Sequence record: MZ574432.2
Reading direction: 5' to 3' (one strand)
DNA: 64,000 nucleotides
Positions 1-9,800 of this stretch are shown here, piece after piece; within the stretch, counting starts at the first letter, position 1; each line of letters begins with the position of its first letter. A program made the translations under genes and the position numbers. The notes beneath the pieces are model-generated. The model was not told the origin of the DNA and did not search any database. It worked only from the letters and a program-made list of their open reading frames with translations.

Positions 1-1
1 C

Positions 2-106
2 GATCTCGTCACCCTGACGGCCCAGGCCAGCGCCGGCGTCGTCACCTTCAAGCTCTCTTTTTCCGAACCCACGAGCGGCCCCATCAAGCTGCTCTACAAA
101 TCCTGA
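2..106 (+). CDS. 3' end of an upstream gene (partial; ...DLVTLTAQASAGVVTFKLSFSEPTSGPIKLLYKS*)
   Basis: Open frame from the window edge to TGA at 104-106, 3 nt before the next ATG. Confidence 0.6.
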   Translation, partial: DLVTLTAQASAGVVTFKLSFSEPTSGPIKLLYKS

Positions 107-109
107 TCC

Positions 110-850
110 ATGGCGCGCCTTTCCAAAGACCAGTCCGCTGGCACCCTGCATCCTCGCGAGAACTACGTCGCCAATGGCACGCTCGGCAGCGTCAACGCCG
201 AGATCGTCCTGGAGACCCACGGCAATTCCACCGTCACCCTGGACCTGCGCGGCACCTTCAACCTGACCGTCGAGCTTCAAGGCTCGGTGGACCTGATCAA
301 CTGGGTGGCCCTGCCCACCCTGCCGCTGATGGAAAACAGCGGCCTGTCGATGAACATCGCCGGCTCCACGCCCGGTAGCTGGATGGCGCGGTGCGCCGGC
401 TTCCAGCGGCTGAAGGCCAAGGTGACCGGCTACACCTCGGGCGCGGCGACCGCGACCATGGTGGCGTCCACGGCCCCCTTCGGCCTGGGCGCGGAGCCCA
501 CGACCCCCAACATCGTCACCGCCACGGGCTCGGCCGGCGCGGCGGTCACCCTGACCCTGCCGACCGCAGCGCCCCTGACCCACCACATCACCTTCATCTC
601 GATCACGCGCTTTGCCGCCGTCGCGCTCACCGCCAACGGCGCGCCCTCGATCGTGACGACGACCAACCTTCCTGGCGGCTTGGCCTACAGCCTGCCGCGC
701 GAGGCCGCCGCCCTGGGCTCGGCGTTCAGCATGCGCGAGGACTACTCCAACGCCTTGCGCGCCTCCGACGTTGGACCCACCACCATCGTCCTGCCGGCCA
801 CGACCGGTGTCATCTGGCGTGTCACGGTCGGCTACTACAACGCCCCCTGA
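110..850 (+). CDS. Hypothetical virion-associated protein, 246 aa
   Basis: Clean GC3-rich ORF, Thr/Ala/beta-strand rich, within the structural gene block. Confidence 0.75.
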   Translation: MARLSKDQSAGTLHPRENYVANGTLGSVNAEIVLETHGNSTVTLDLRGTFNLTVELQGSVDLINWVALPTLPLMENSGLSMNIAGSTPGSWMARCAGFQRLKAKVTGYTSGAATATMVASTAPFGLGAEPTTPNIVTATGSAGAAVTLTLPTAAPLTHHITFISITRFAAVALTANGAPSIVTTTNLPGGLAYSLPREAAALGSAFSMREDYSNALRASDVGPTTIVLPATTGVIWRVTVGYYNAP

Positions 851-926
851 TCGCCACAGGCCTTCTAAACCGCTGCAAACCGTCAACGCCAAGGCCCTGG
901 TCTCGGTGACGCGAACCCTTGCGCGA

Positions 927-942
927 TGACGCAATCCTTGAC
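927..942 (+). promoter_or_regulatory. Conserved phage promoter motif TGWCG-N5-CTTGAC (copy 1)
   Basis: tgacg-caatc-cttgac in the intergenic gap upstream of the 1006-16529 operon. Confidence 0.7.
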
Positions 943-1005
943 ACGCGGCACATCTTGTGGCACATGTCAAGATCATTTTCCCCCCAAAAATTTGGAGAGC
1001 GCCCC

Positions 1006-1122
1006 ATGCGTCGTCCCATCGTGCTTCGCGACGGTTTCAGCGGCCTGGGTGACGGGGGCGGCGGCTGCATCGGCGATGGCGGCAGCGAAGGCCTCACCGG
1101 GGACGGCGGCACCCAGATTTAA
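1006..1122 (+). CDS. Small Gly/Asp-rich ORF, 38 aa (MRRPIVLRDGFSGLGDGGGGCIGDGGSEGLTGDGGTQI)
   Basis: GGAGAG Shine-Dalgarno at 994-999; first ORF after the motif promoter. Confidence 0.5.
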   Translation: MRRPIVLRDGFSGLGDGGGGCIGDGGSEGLTGDGGTQI

Positions 1123-1143
1123 CCTTAACCAGCGGACCTCCTC

Positions 1144-1515
1144 GTGCCGAATTTCACCTACCTCATTCATGACGAACTGGTCGATCGCCTCGCAGGCGCC
1201 AAGGCCGGCGTCCTGACGGGTGCGCCAAACCCGGACGGCACGGGCGTGTTCGAGCCCAGCGTCGCCGACGGCTACGCGCGCCAGGACTTCGTGTTCAACG
1301 TCACCAAGTCCCAGGGCGTCACCACCATCTCCAATAGCCAGCCCCTCGTCTTCGGCCCGGCGCTGAACCAATGGCTGGCGGTCACCTATTTTGGCCTGTT
1401 CGACGGCGTGTCGGGCGACCTGCTGCTCTATGGCCGCCTGCGCTCCACGCGCGTGGCCAATGCCGGCGACTCCCTCTCGTTCCAGGTGGATGCGATCAAC
1501 ATCGGACTGCGCTAG
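1144..1515 (+). CDS. Small phage virion/fibre-associated protein, 123 aa
   Basis: Recurrent phage structural signature (W..VTYFGLFD..SG.LL.YG.L...R.....DSLSF....I.I). Confidence 0.7.
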   Translation: MPNFTYLIHDELVDRLAGAKAGVLTGAPNPDGTGVFEPSVADGYARQDFVFNVTKSQGVTTISNSQPLVFGPALNQWLAVTYFGLFDGVSGDLLLYGRLRSTRVANAGDSLSFQVDAINIGLR

Positions 1516-1518
1516 TCC

Positions 1519-3402
1519 GTGGCCGTCGCGCAGCTTCAATCCAATGCCAAGCTGGAAGTTGTGGTCGACGCCAATCTGGCCGTCTTCCTCGACAATCCGG
1601 CTGATGGCGACAGCGAACTGCGCTGCAACACCTTCGACATGTGGTTGGAGGTGGGCGAGGACATCAACATCCGCCACGCCCAGCCGCTGGTGTTTGGCAC
1701 CCAGCCCGAGGACGAAGGTCCCACGGCCGGCGTCCTGGAAGCCTGCGATGTGGAGACCTTCTGCGGGCCTTGCGGCACGGGTGGGTCGACGGGCGGCGGC
1801 GGCGGCGAGTTCGACGGCACGGGCTTTGACATCGTCCTTGGTCCGGTCGCCCAGCAGGGTGATGGCTCCTGGGATGGCGCTGCGCCCCTGAACGACAGCA
1901 CGCCGGTTTCGGAGGCTATCGATCGCCTCAACGAAATCCTCGGCCGGCTGGTGCCCAGCGCGCCGCCGGAATTCCCCAACGGGACCCTGTCGGTGTCCAA
2001 CGCCAGCGGCGCCTCGCCAAGGCTGGCCTCGGGCGTCTCCGACAACAGCGGCGATGCGCCCTACGCGCCCGGCGCGAGCGTCACGCGGATCACCGCCTCG
2101 GGGGTCTCGTGCTTCACGTTCAACGACGTGGGTCCGGGCAACAGCGGCGCCATCCAGGTGCTGGTCAACGGCGCGATCGCCGCGACCCGGACGCTGACGG
2201 GCGCCGACGAGGGCAACTACGCCGGCTTGGTCATCTCTGACCAGAAGGACTACCCGGTTGCCACGCCGGGCTTCTACAAGTCGCTGGACGCGACCGCCTC
2301 GGGCGTCGCCGCGCCCGTCGGCGTCAACAAGTTCCAGATGAAGCACACCGGCGCTGGCCAGACCAACACCGTCTACTTCGTCCGTGACGCCTTCACTGCC
2401 TCGCCGCAGGTGACCTCCCCGTCCCTGGCGCTCCAGGCTCTGGGCACGCCGGCCTACTCGTCCAGCGTGCCCCACTTCGGTACGGGCGGCCAGCTTCTGG
2501 TCGGCGCGTCGAGCAACAACTTCTCGGGTGAGACCTACTATGGTGGGTCTGACCCGTTCAGCGTTTCGGGCTCGGGCGGCATCATGTCCACCCAGAGCTT
2601 CGGCTACGGCGCCTTGGGTCTTTCGGTCCCGTTCGCCCGCAACACCACGGCCGCCGCCGCCCTGACCCCGCAGGTGGTCAACATCGACGGCTCGGTCCAT
2701 GGCGTGGGGCAGGTGTCGGGCACGGCCCGCAACGTCAATGGCTCGGGCAGCGCGCTTCTGGCCTCGACCCTGATCCTGGTGAAGCGCGGCGGCGCCGGCG
2801 GCCGGATCGACGAGATGAACGTGCCGGTCTCGGGCCTGGGGTCGAGCCCCAATGGTCTTGCCGCCGTCCGCGTCGGCCTGGGCAATGGCGACACGCCCGG
2901 CGGCGCGGCGCAGGCCTGGGACAGCAGCGCCGGGCTGGACGCCTGGGAAGCGGCGGTCGTGGCCGGCGTCCTGGCCCACAACCAGACGGACTATTCCTCG
3001 GGCGTCTACCTGCCGCAAGGCCCCGACCTCTCGATCGGCCGCAGCGGCGCCCAGTACGTCACCTTCCTGTTCCAGCGCGCGCCGCTGTCGCAGTTCAAGA
3101 TCGCGGTGACCGGCTCCTACGCCGGCTGCTGGACCAAGCTCCCCGGCGTGTCGGACGCGACGCTCAATGCGCCCAACGGGTGGTGGAACGGCTTCAAGGC
3201 CTACGACGGCGCGGGCGTGCCGGGCGAGGCGGGCGACCCAGACGCCGGCTGCGCCACGGGCGCGGTCATGACCGGCGGCTCGGGCACCTTCACCATGACC
3301 TTCGGGACCCAGTCCTCCACCAACGCGACCGGCAACACGATCCTGGTCCGCTTCAAGCTCAACCCAGGGCAGTCGATCACTGCCCTCTCCTTCACCGCCT
3401 AG
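1519..3402 (+). CDS. Virion/filament protein A, 627 aa (unique N-terminus plus shared C-terminal module)
   Basis: From GDGSWDGA... to ...NPGQSITALSFTA it is clearly paralogous to the C-terminal ~520 aa of 3411-5591. Confidence 0.8.
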   Translation: MAVAQLQSNAKLEVVVDANLAVFLDNPADGDSELRCNTFDMWLEVGEDINIRHAQPLVFGTQPEDEGPTAGVLEACDVETFCGPCGTGGSTGGGGGEFDGTGFDIVLGPVAQQGDGSWDGAAPLNDSTPVSEAIDRLNEILGRLVPSAPPEFPNGTLSVSNASGASPRLASGVSDNSGDAPYAPGASVTRITASGVSCFTFNDVGPGNSGAIQVLVNGAIAATRTLTGADEGNYAGLVISDQKDYPVATPGFYKSLDATASGVAAPVGVNKFQMKHTGAGQTNTVYFVRDAFTASPQVTSPSLALQALGTPAYSSSVPHFGTGGQLLVGASSNNFSGETYYGGSDPFSVSGSGGIMSTQSFGYGALGLSVPFARNTTAAAALTPQVVNIDGSVHGVGQVSGTARNVNGSGSALLASTLILVKRGGAGGRIDEMNVPVSGLGSSPNGLAAVRVGLGNGDTPGGAAQAWDSSAGLDAWEAAVVAGVLAHNQTDYSSGVYLPQGPDLSIGRSGAQYVTFLFQRAPLSQFKIAVTGSYAGCWTKLPGVSDATLNAPNGWWNGFKAYDGAGVPGEAGDPDAGCATGAVMTGGSGTFTMTFGTQSSTNATGNTILVRFKLNPGQSITALSFTA

Positions 3403-3410
3403 GAACTCCA

Positions 3411-5591
3411 GTGGCCATCAGTGACAGCGAAAAGGTCGACTTCCTCTGGAAGAAGATCATCTACGGCGCCACCAAGACGGCGAGCGCGGCCAACAAGGCT
3501 GGCTCGAACGAAGCCATCCCCTCGCCGGTGGTGGCCTTCTCCGACTACGTCTGGACGCAGTCCAATCTGATCCCGCTGAGCCCGCCGACCAATTCGACCC
3601 CGATCGTCGAGGTCTATACCGGCGTCCACCGCATCCAGATGACCAACGACCCGACCTCGCCGGTCAATCAGTCCTGGCTGGCCACGGTCCTGCCGCCTGA
3701 TCTGGCCAGCCGCGTCGGCGACTTCATCCCGCCCGCGTTCGGCACCGGCTACGCCGTCAAGGTCTTCATCGGCGATCCGGCGACGGGTCCGGCCGCGCGT
3801 ATCTTCCCCGAGACGACCAACGAAGAGTGGGTGTTCGACTACTCGGCGGGCGTGGTCACCTTCCCCAACAGCGTGCCGGGCTCCAAGGCCGCCACCATCG
3901 GTACGGGCACGGTGGCCGTGGGCACCCATGGCATCTTCGTCGAGGGCTACCAGTACATCGGCAAGACCGGCGGCGGCGCGGGCGAACTGGTCATCGAAAG
4001 CGGCTTTGACCTGCCGCTGGGCGAGACCGCCACGGCCGGCGACGGCTCCTGGACCGACGGGGCCATCCCGTTCACCGACGACACCAAGGTCTCCGACGCC
4101 ATCGACCAGTTGAACGAGGTCCTGGGCCTGCTCGTCCCGGCCCAGCCGCCGGCCTTCCCCAACGCCGCCCTGACCGTGGCCAACAGCACGGGTAGCAGCC
4201 CGCGTCTGGCTGTGGGCGTGACCGACAACTCGACGACCTCGACGATCACCGCCGGCTCGGCCGTCACCCGCATCACCGCCGCTGGCGTCTCGTCCAACCT
4301 CTACAACGACGTCGGTCCGGGCAAGAACGGCAACGTCGCCCTCTTCGTCAACGGCGCGATCGTGGGCCAGCGCGCCCTGGTCGGCTCGGGCGACAATGGG
4401 ACCTACAACGGTCTGGTCATCGCCGACCAGAAGGACTTCCCCGTCGCCACGCCGGGCTTCTGGAAGTCGGTCGACATCTCGGTCAACCTCGCCACCGTCC
4501 CCGACGGCGTCAACAGCTTCCAACTGGCCCACAGCGGCGCGGGCGCGACGGGCGTCGTCTACTTCGTCAAGGACAACATGACCGCCGTGCCGGCGCTGTC
4601 GACGACCTCGGTGGTCGAGGCCAGCCTGGGCACGGTCGCCTATTCGTCATCGATCCCGCACTACAACACCGGCGCGTCCCTCACCGTCCAGGCGTCGATG
4701 AACAACATCGCCGGCGAGACCTTCTATGGCGGCGCTGATCCCCTGACCCTCCAGGGCACCAACAGCATCGCCACGGCCCAGACCTACGACTACACCGCCC
4801 TGGGCATCACCACGCCGATCGCGCGCCAGACCACCACCCCGGTCATCCTCTCGCCGGTCACCATCCAGATCAACGGCGCCAACGTCCACGCCGCCGGCAC
4901 GATCCAGGGCTACGGCAAGAACCCGGCCGGCCAGGGGGCGGCGGCCAACATGTCGCTGACCTCGATCCTGGTTAAGCGCGGCAGCGCCGGCGCCCGCATC
5001 GACGAGATGAGCGTCCCGGTCACGGGCCTGGGCTCCTCGCCCAACGCCAACAACGCCGTGCGCGTTTCGGCGGGCTCGGGCGACACCCCGACCGGCTCGG
5101 CCACCGCCTGGAACAGCGCCAACGCCCTGGCCACCCATGAGGCGGCCGTGGTCGGCGGCGTGCTCAAGCACGACCAGACCAACTACACCACCGGCGTCCT
5201 GCCGGTCGGCCCGGACCTGTCGGTGGGACGCAGCGGCGCGCAGTACGCCACCTTCAGCTTCAACCGCTCGGCGCGCTCGGGCTTCAAGATCGTCATCGCC
5301 GGCAGCTACGCCGGCTGCTGGGTCAAGCTGCCGGGCGTTTCGACGGCCCAGCCCAACGCGGCCGGCGGCTGGTGGAACGCCTTCCAGGCCTATGACGGCG
5401 CGGGCATCCCCGGCGAAGCGGGCGACCCCAACGCCGGCTGCGCCACCGGCGCGGTCATGAACGGCGGCTCGGGCACCTTCGCCATCACCTTCGGCACCGA
5501 GTCGTCCACCAACGCCACCGGCAACGAAATCATCGTCCGCCTCAAGCTGAACCCTGGCCAGTCGGTGACGGCGCTCAGCTTCACCAACTAG
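3411..5591 (+). CDS. Virion/filament protein B, 726 aa (N module plus C module)
   Basis: GTG at 3411 with AGGA SD, in frame with the listed 3180 ORF. N-terminus matches 5604-6296; C-terminus matches 1519-3402. Confidence 0.8.
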   Translation: MAISDSEKVDFLWKKIIYGATKTASAANKAGSNEAIPSPVVAFSDYVWTQSNLIPLSPPTNSTPIVEVYTGVHRIQMTNDPTSPVNQSWLATVLPPDLASRVGDFIPPAFGTGYAVKVFIGDPATGPAARIFPETTNEEWVFDYSAGVVTFPNSVPGSKAATIGTGTVAVGTHGIFVEGYQYIGKTGGGAGELVIESGFDLPLGETATAGDGSWTDGAIPFTDDTKVSDAIDQLNEVLGLLVPAQPPAFPNAALTVANSTGSSPRLAVGVTDNSTTSTITAGSAVTRITAAGVSSNLYNDVGPGKNGNVALFVNGAIVGQRALVGSGDNGTYNGLVIADQKDFPVATPGFWKSVDISVNLATVPDGVNSFQLAHSGAGATGVVYFVKDNMTAVPALSTTSVVEASLGTVAYSSSIPHYNTGASLTVQASMNNIAGETFYGGADPLTLQGTNSIATAQTYDYTALGITTPIARQTTTPVILSPVTIQINGANVHAAGTIQGYGKNPAGQGAAANMSLTSILVKRGSAGARIDEMSVPVTGLGSSPNANNAVRVSAGSGDTPTGSATAWNSANALATHEAAVVGGVLKHDQTNYTTGVLPVGPDLSVGRSGAQYATFSFNRSARSGFKIVIAGSYAGCWVKLPGVSTAQPNAAGGWWNAFQAYDGAGIPGEAGDPNAGCATGAVMNGGSGTFAITFGTESSTNATGNEIIVRLKLNPGQSVTALSFTN

Positions 5592-5603
5592 GGGAGGGGA
5601 TGA

Positions 5604-6296
5604 GTGACCATCACCATCGACCAGAAGGTCGACTTCCTCTGGAAGCGGTTGATCTACGGGGTCACCAAGACCGCGACGGCGGACGATAAGGCCGGCTCCA
5701 ACGAGTCGATCCCGTCGCCGATCATCGTCTCGGCCAACGACGTCTGGTCCGATGTCGACCTGATCACCGCCAGCCCGCCCGTGGCGGACACTGCGGTGAT
5801 CAAGCTGTGGACGGGCCTGACCCGTCTTCGGGCCTCCAGCGATCCGACGGCTCAGCCGAACTTCACCTGGATCGCGACCAGCACCTTTGGCGATCTGGCC
5901 TCCCGTAAGGGCGAGTTCATCCCGCCCGGCTTCGGCTCTGGCTACGCCGTCAAGGTCTACATCGGCGACCCGGCGACGGGACCCGCCGCCCGCATCTTCC
6001 CCGACACCACGGGCGAAGAGTGGGTCTTCGATTACGCCGCAGGCGTACTCAACTTCGCCGGCGCAGTGCCGGCCAATAAAACCGCCACGATCGGTAGTGG
6101 AACAGTCTCGGTGGCCAGTAATGGCATTTACTTCGAGGCCTACCAGTACATCGGAGAAAAGGGCGGTGGCGGAGGCGTGGAACCCGAAGACTTGGGCACC
6201 ATGGCTTACCAGGACTCCGACGACGTCAACATCACTGGTGGCACTATCGCAAATGCCACTTTCATCAACGTCACCATCGATGGTGGCACTTTCTAA
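5604..6296 (+). CDS. Virion/filament protein C, 230 aa (N module only)
   Basis: KVDFLWK.IYG.TKTA... and GPAARIFP.TT.EEWVFDY.AG shared with 3411-5591; GGGAGG SD. Confidence 0.8.
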   Translation: MTITIDQKVDFLWKRLIYGVTKTATADDKAGSNESIPSPIIVSANDVWSDVDLITASPPVADTAVIKLWTGLTRLRASSDPTAQPNFTWIATSTFGDLASRKGEFIPPGFGSGYAVKVYIGDPATGPAARIFPDTTGEEWVFDYAAGVLNFAGAVPANKTATIGSGTVSVASNGIYFEAYQYIGEKGGGGGVEPEDLGTMAYQDSDDVNITGGTIANATFINVTIDGGTF

Positions 6297-6310
6297 GAGG
6301 AATTGCCGTC

Positions 6311-6727
6311 ATGGCCTCTCTCGTCTACAACTCGATGCTGGACGATCTCGTCAAGGGCGCGATCAACTTCAACAGCGATACCTTCAAGGTTATGCTGGTG
6401 ACTTCGGCCTACACGCCGAACAAGGACACCCACACCCGCAAGAACCAAGTCACCAACGAAGTGACGGGCACCGGCTACACCGCCGGCGGTCAGGCCTCGG
6501 CCGTGACCATCACGCCCGACACCACCAACGACCGCGAAGACCTGTCGTTCGCCACGGTGACCTGGACCTCGGCCACGATCACCGCGCGCGCCGCCGTGAT
6601 CTACAAGGACACCGGCACGGCGTCGACGAGCCCGCTGGTCGCCTATGTCGACTTCGGCTCGGACGTCTCCTCGACGAACGCCAACTTCGCCGTGTCGTTC
6701 TCCAGCCCGCTGCGCTTCCAGAACTAA
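6311..6727 (+). CDS. Conserved small phage virion protein, 138 aa
   Basis: Recognisable phage family (DTFKVMLVTSAYTP..DTH......NEVTGTGYTAGG...A..AVIYKD.G....PLVAYVDFG); GAGGA SD. Confidence 0.8.
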   Translation: MASLVYNSMLDDLVKGAINFNSDTFKVMLVTSAYTPNKDTHTRKNQVTNEVTGTGYTAGGQASAVTITPDTTNDREDLSFATVTWTSATITARAAVIYKDTGTASTSPLVAYVDFGSDVSSTNANFAVSFSSPLRFQN

Positions 6728-6731
6728 GCGC

Positions 6732-6771
6732 GACCTGATGGCGACGCCTTCGGGCGTCGCATCGGTCTTTC
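6732..6771 (+). terminator. Intrinsic terminator-like hairpin
   Basis: gacc-t-gatg-g-cgacgcc-TTCG-ggcgtcg-catc-ggtc followed by ttt. Confidence 0.7.
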
Positions 6772-6801
6772 CTTGAACCCCCGCTCCCAGGACCCCTGAC
6801 G

Positions 6802-9800
6802 TTGGTCGATCTCGTCGCCGGCTCGCCCGCTTCCGTTGCCTATTCTGGCAGCGCGGTGGACTATGTCGTCAAGGCGGCCGGTCAGGTGGACATCCATCTC
6901 TGGGGCGGCGCGGGCGGCGGTGGCTATTACGCCAACGGCGCCAGCAGCACCGCCAAGTTTGGCGGAGCCGGCGGCTACACCAACCTGCGCTTCATGGCTG
7001 ACGTCAATGACGTCATCACCGTTGAAGTGGGGCAGGGTGGTCGCGTCGCGACGGGTGCGAACGGCACAGCTACGGCCGGTGGCTTGGGTGGCTGGCCTGA
7101 TGGCGGCTTTGCGGCAATCAATTCCGGCGCTGCCTGGGTCGCCCCTGGTGGTGGCGGTGGCTCCACGCGCATCTACAAGAACGGCGAACTGATCGGGGTA
7201 GCCGGCGGCGGCGGCGCTACGGGTTTCTACGGCGGCGGCAACGGCGGCGGCGCGCTCGGCATGGCGTCGACCGATACCAGTTCAGGCGCCGGCGGCACGC
7301 AGACGGCCGGTGGCGTGGCAGGTTCAGGCACGCTTGCTATCCAGTCCGGCTCCTATTTCAAGGGTGGGTGTGGCGGCACGACCAATACCACCTCCAACGC
7401 CTTCACGGGCGGCGGCGGCGGCGGCGGACTCTACGGTGGCGCATCGAACGGTGGTGGCACGGGCAGCCACGGCTCGGGTGGTGGCGGCTCTGGCTGGATT
7501 GTGCAGACGACCGATGTCGCTGGCATGTGCCGCGCCGCGCCGCAGGACGGCTCAGGCGCGCCGATTAATCCGGCCGGCATCAGCATCCCGGCCGGCACCG
7601 CCCAAGGCGGCACCGGACCCTTGGTCGCGAATACCGGCTGGGCCTCCATCACGCCCGGCGGTAATGGCTTTGCCTATCTGAGCCTGACCGATCCTTCCGC
7701 CACGGCGGCAGGCCTGCCTTCGGGCGCCACCACGGTCAGCTACACCGGGGCGCGCCAAGTCTACAAGGTCACCGACATCTGCTCGGTCGACTTCGAGATG
7801 TGGGGCGGCGGCGGCGGCGGCGGCTACTACGCTGCCGGAGGCAATTCCGCGCGCTTTGGCGGCGCGGCCGGCTACACCAAGCTCACCAAGATTCTGTACC
7901 CTGGCGACATCGTCGAGGTTGAGGTCGCTCAAGGTGGCCAGCCCCGAGCGGTGTCAGCCAGACGGGTGGCGCTGGCGGCTGGCCTAATGGCGGCGCCGGC
8001 GGACGACCGTCGAACCTTAACCCGAACTTTGGGGGAGGCGGCGGATCGACCAATGTTTGGGTCAACGGCCGCCTTCTGGCGGTCGCGGCAGGTGGTGGTG
8101 GCGCGACGGGCTTCTACTACGGCGGCGTGGGCGGCGGCCGTTTTGGCCTTCAGTCCACGGATCAGACGACCAACAACGGCACCGGGGGAACCTGGGGCGG
8201 CGTCAACACGACTTCCAGTCAGGCTCGCGGCTATTTCTTGCAGGGCGGGCATGGCTCGGCCTATGAATCTCAGACCCTGGTCAATCCGAACGCCGGCGCG
8301 GGCGGTGGCGGCGGCTTCTATGGCGGCGGCGGAGCCAAAGGCGGCAGCGGCACCCACGGTGCGGGCGGCGGCGGCTGCGGCTATACCTCCGGCGACAATA
8401 CCTACAACCGCGTCATGCAGGCCGGGACTCCGGCCACGGGCGTACCATACGATCCTGGCACCAAGCCGGCGGGCGTGGGTGCGGGCGGCGCTGGCGGCCT
8501 CGGTGCGACGGGCTATCTGACGACGACGGCTGGCGGCAACGGCGCGCTCAACCTGAACGTCACGCCCCTGACGGGCCTGCCGAGCCTGCCGACGGGCAAG
8601 ACCGTCTTCAGCTTCACCAACGCCGCCGAACACTATGTCGCAGCCTCCACGGGCGTCATGGCTCTGAAGGTCTGGGGCGCGGGGGGCGGCGGCTGCACCC
8701 GATCGTCGGGCACGCTGCGGCGCGGCGGCGGCGGCGGCTTCCTCAAGATCGATCTCATCAAGATCACCGCTGGCGACATTGTCACCTTCGTCGTGGGCGA
8801 GGGTGGCAAGGGCATGCCCGGCGCTAACCTGGGCGGTCGAGGCGGCTTCCCGAACGGCGAAGGCGGTAACGCCGGTGACGCCACTGGCGGTAACGGTGGT
8901 GGTGGCGGCTCGTCGCACGTCTACATCAATGGCAAGCTCGTCGCCGTGGCGGCGGGCGGCGGCGGCGGCGCGATCTCGTTCGACGGCGGCACCGGGGGCC
9001 TGTCGTCCTATCCGCCCAGCGGTGACGGCTTTGGTCCTTCGGGGGCCTCGCTCTATTACGGGGGCTACTCGCCCCAGCGCGGCGCCGAAGGCAACAACCG
9101 TGGCGTCTTCATGCTGGCCGGCATCGGTCAGATCGATGGCGCTTCGCTCGATACGCCCAACAACCTGGGCGGCGGCGGCGGCGGCGGCGGTTATTGGGGC
9201 GGCGCGGGCTCGACGCCGAACAACTCGCGCTTCCAGCCCGGCGGCGCGGGCTCGACCTACATCCTGCCCGGCTATGTGGGCACCCAGCAAGTGGGCACCA
9301 ATAGCGGCACCAACACCACCGACGCCGATTGGGGCTCGTCCGCCAGCGTCGGTGGCCAAGGCTCCAACACCCCTGGTAACGCGATCACCAACGGTGGTCA
9401 TGGCCGCATCGTCTGCCAATTCGGCATCCCCGCGACGCTGAACGAGAGCGTCAGCGCCAACACGCCTACCACAGCCCAATTGCAGACCTTCATGGTCGGC
9501 AATGACGGCACCTTGACGCTGAAGACCTGGGGCGCGGGTGGTGGTGGCGCCATGATGACCGCCAACTCCGGCACGGAGCTTGCGGGCGGCGGCGGCTACG
9601 CGACCGCGACGCTTGATGTCAAGCAGGGCCAAATTCTCCGCGTCTACAACGGCAACGGCGGTCAGGGCGCGCAATACACCAGCGGCGTCGGTGGCGCGTT
9701 CGTCGGAACGGGCGGTCCGGGCGGCTGGCCCGACGGTGGTCAAGGCGGCATGCACGTCTCGGGCATCTTCGGTGGTGGTGGCGGCTCCACGCGGGTCTAT

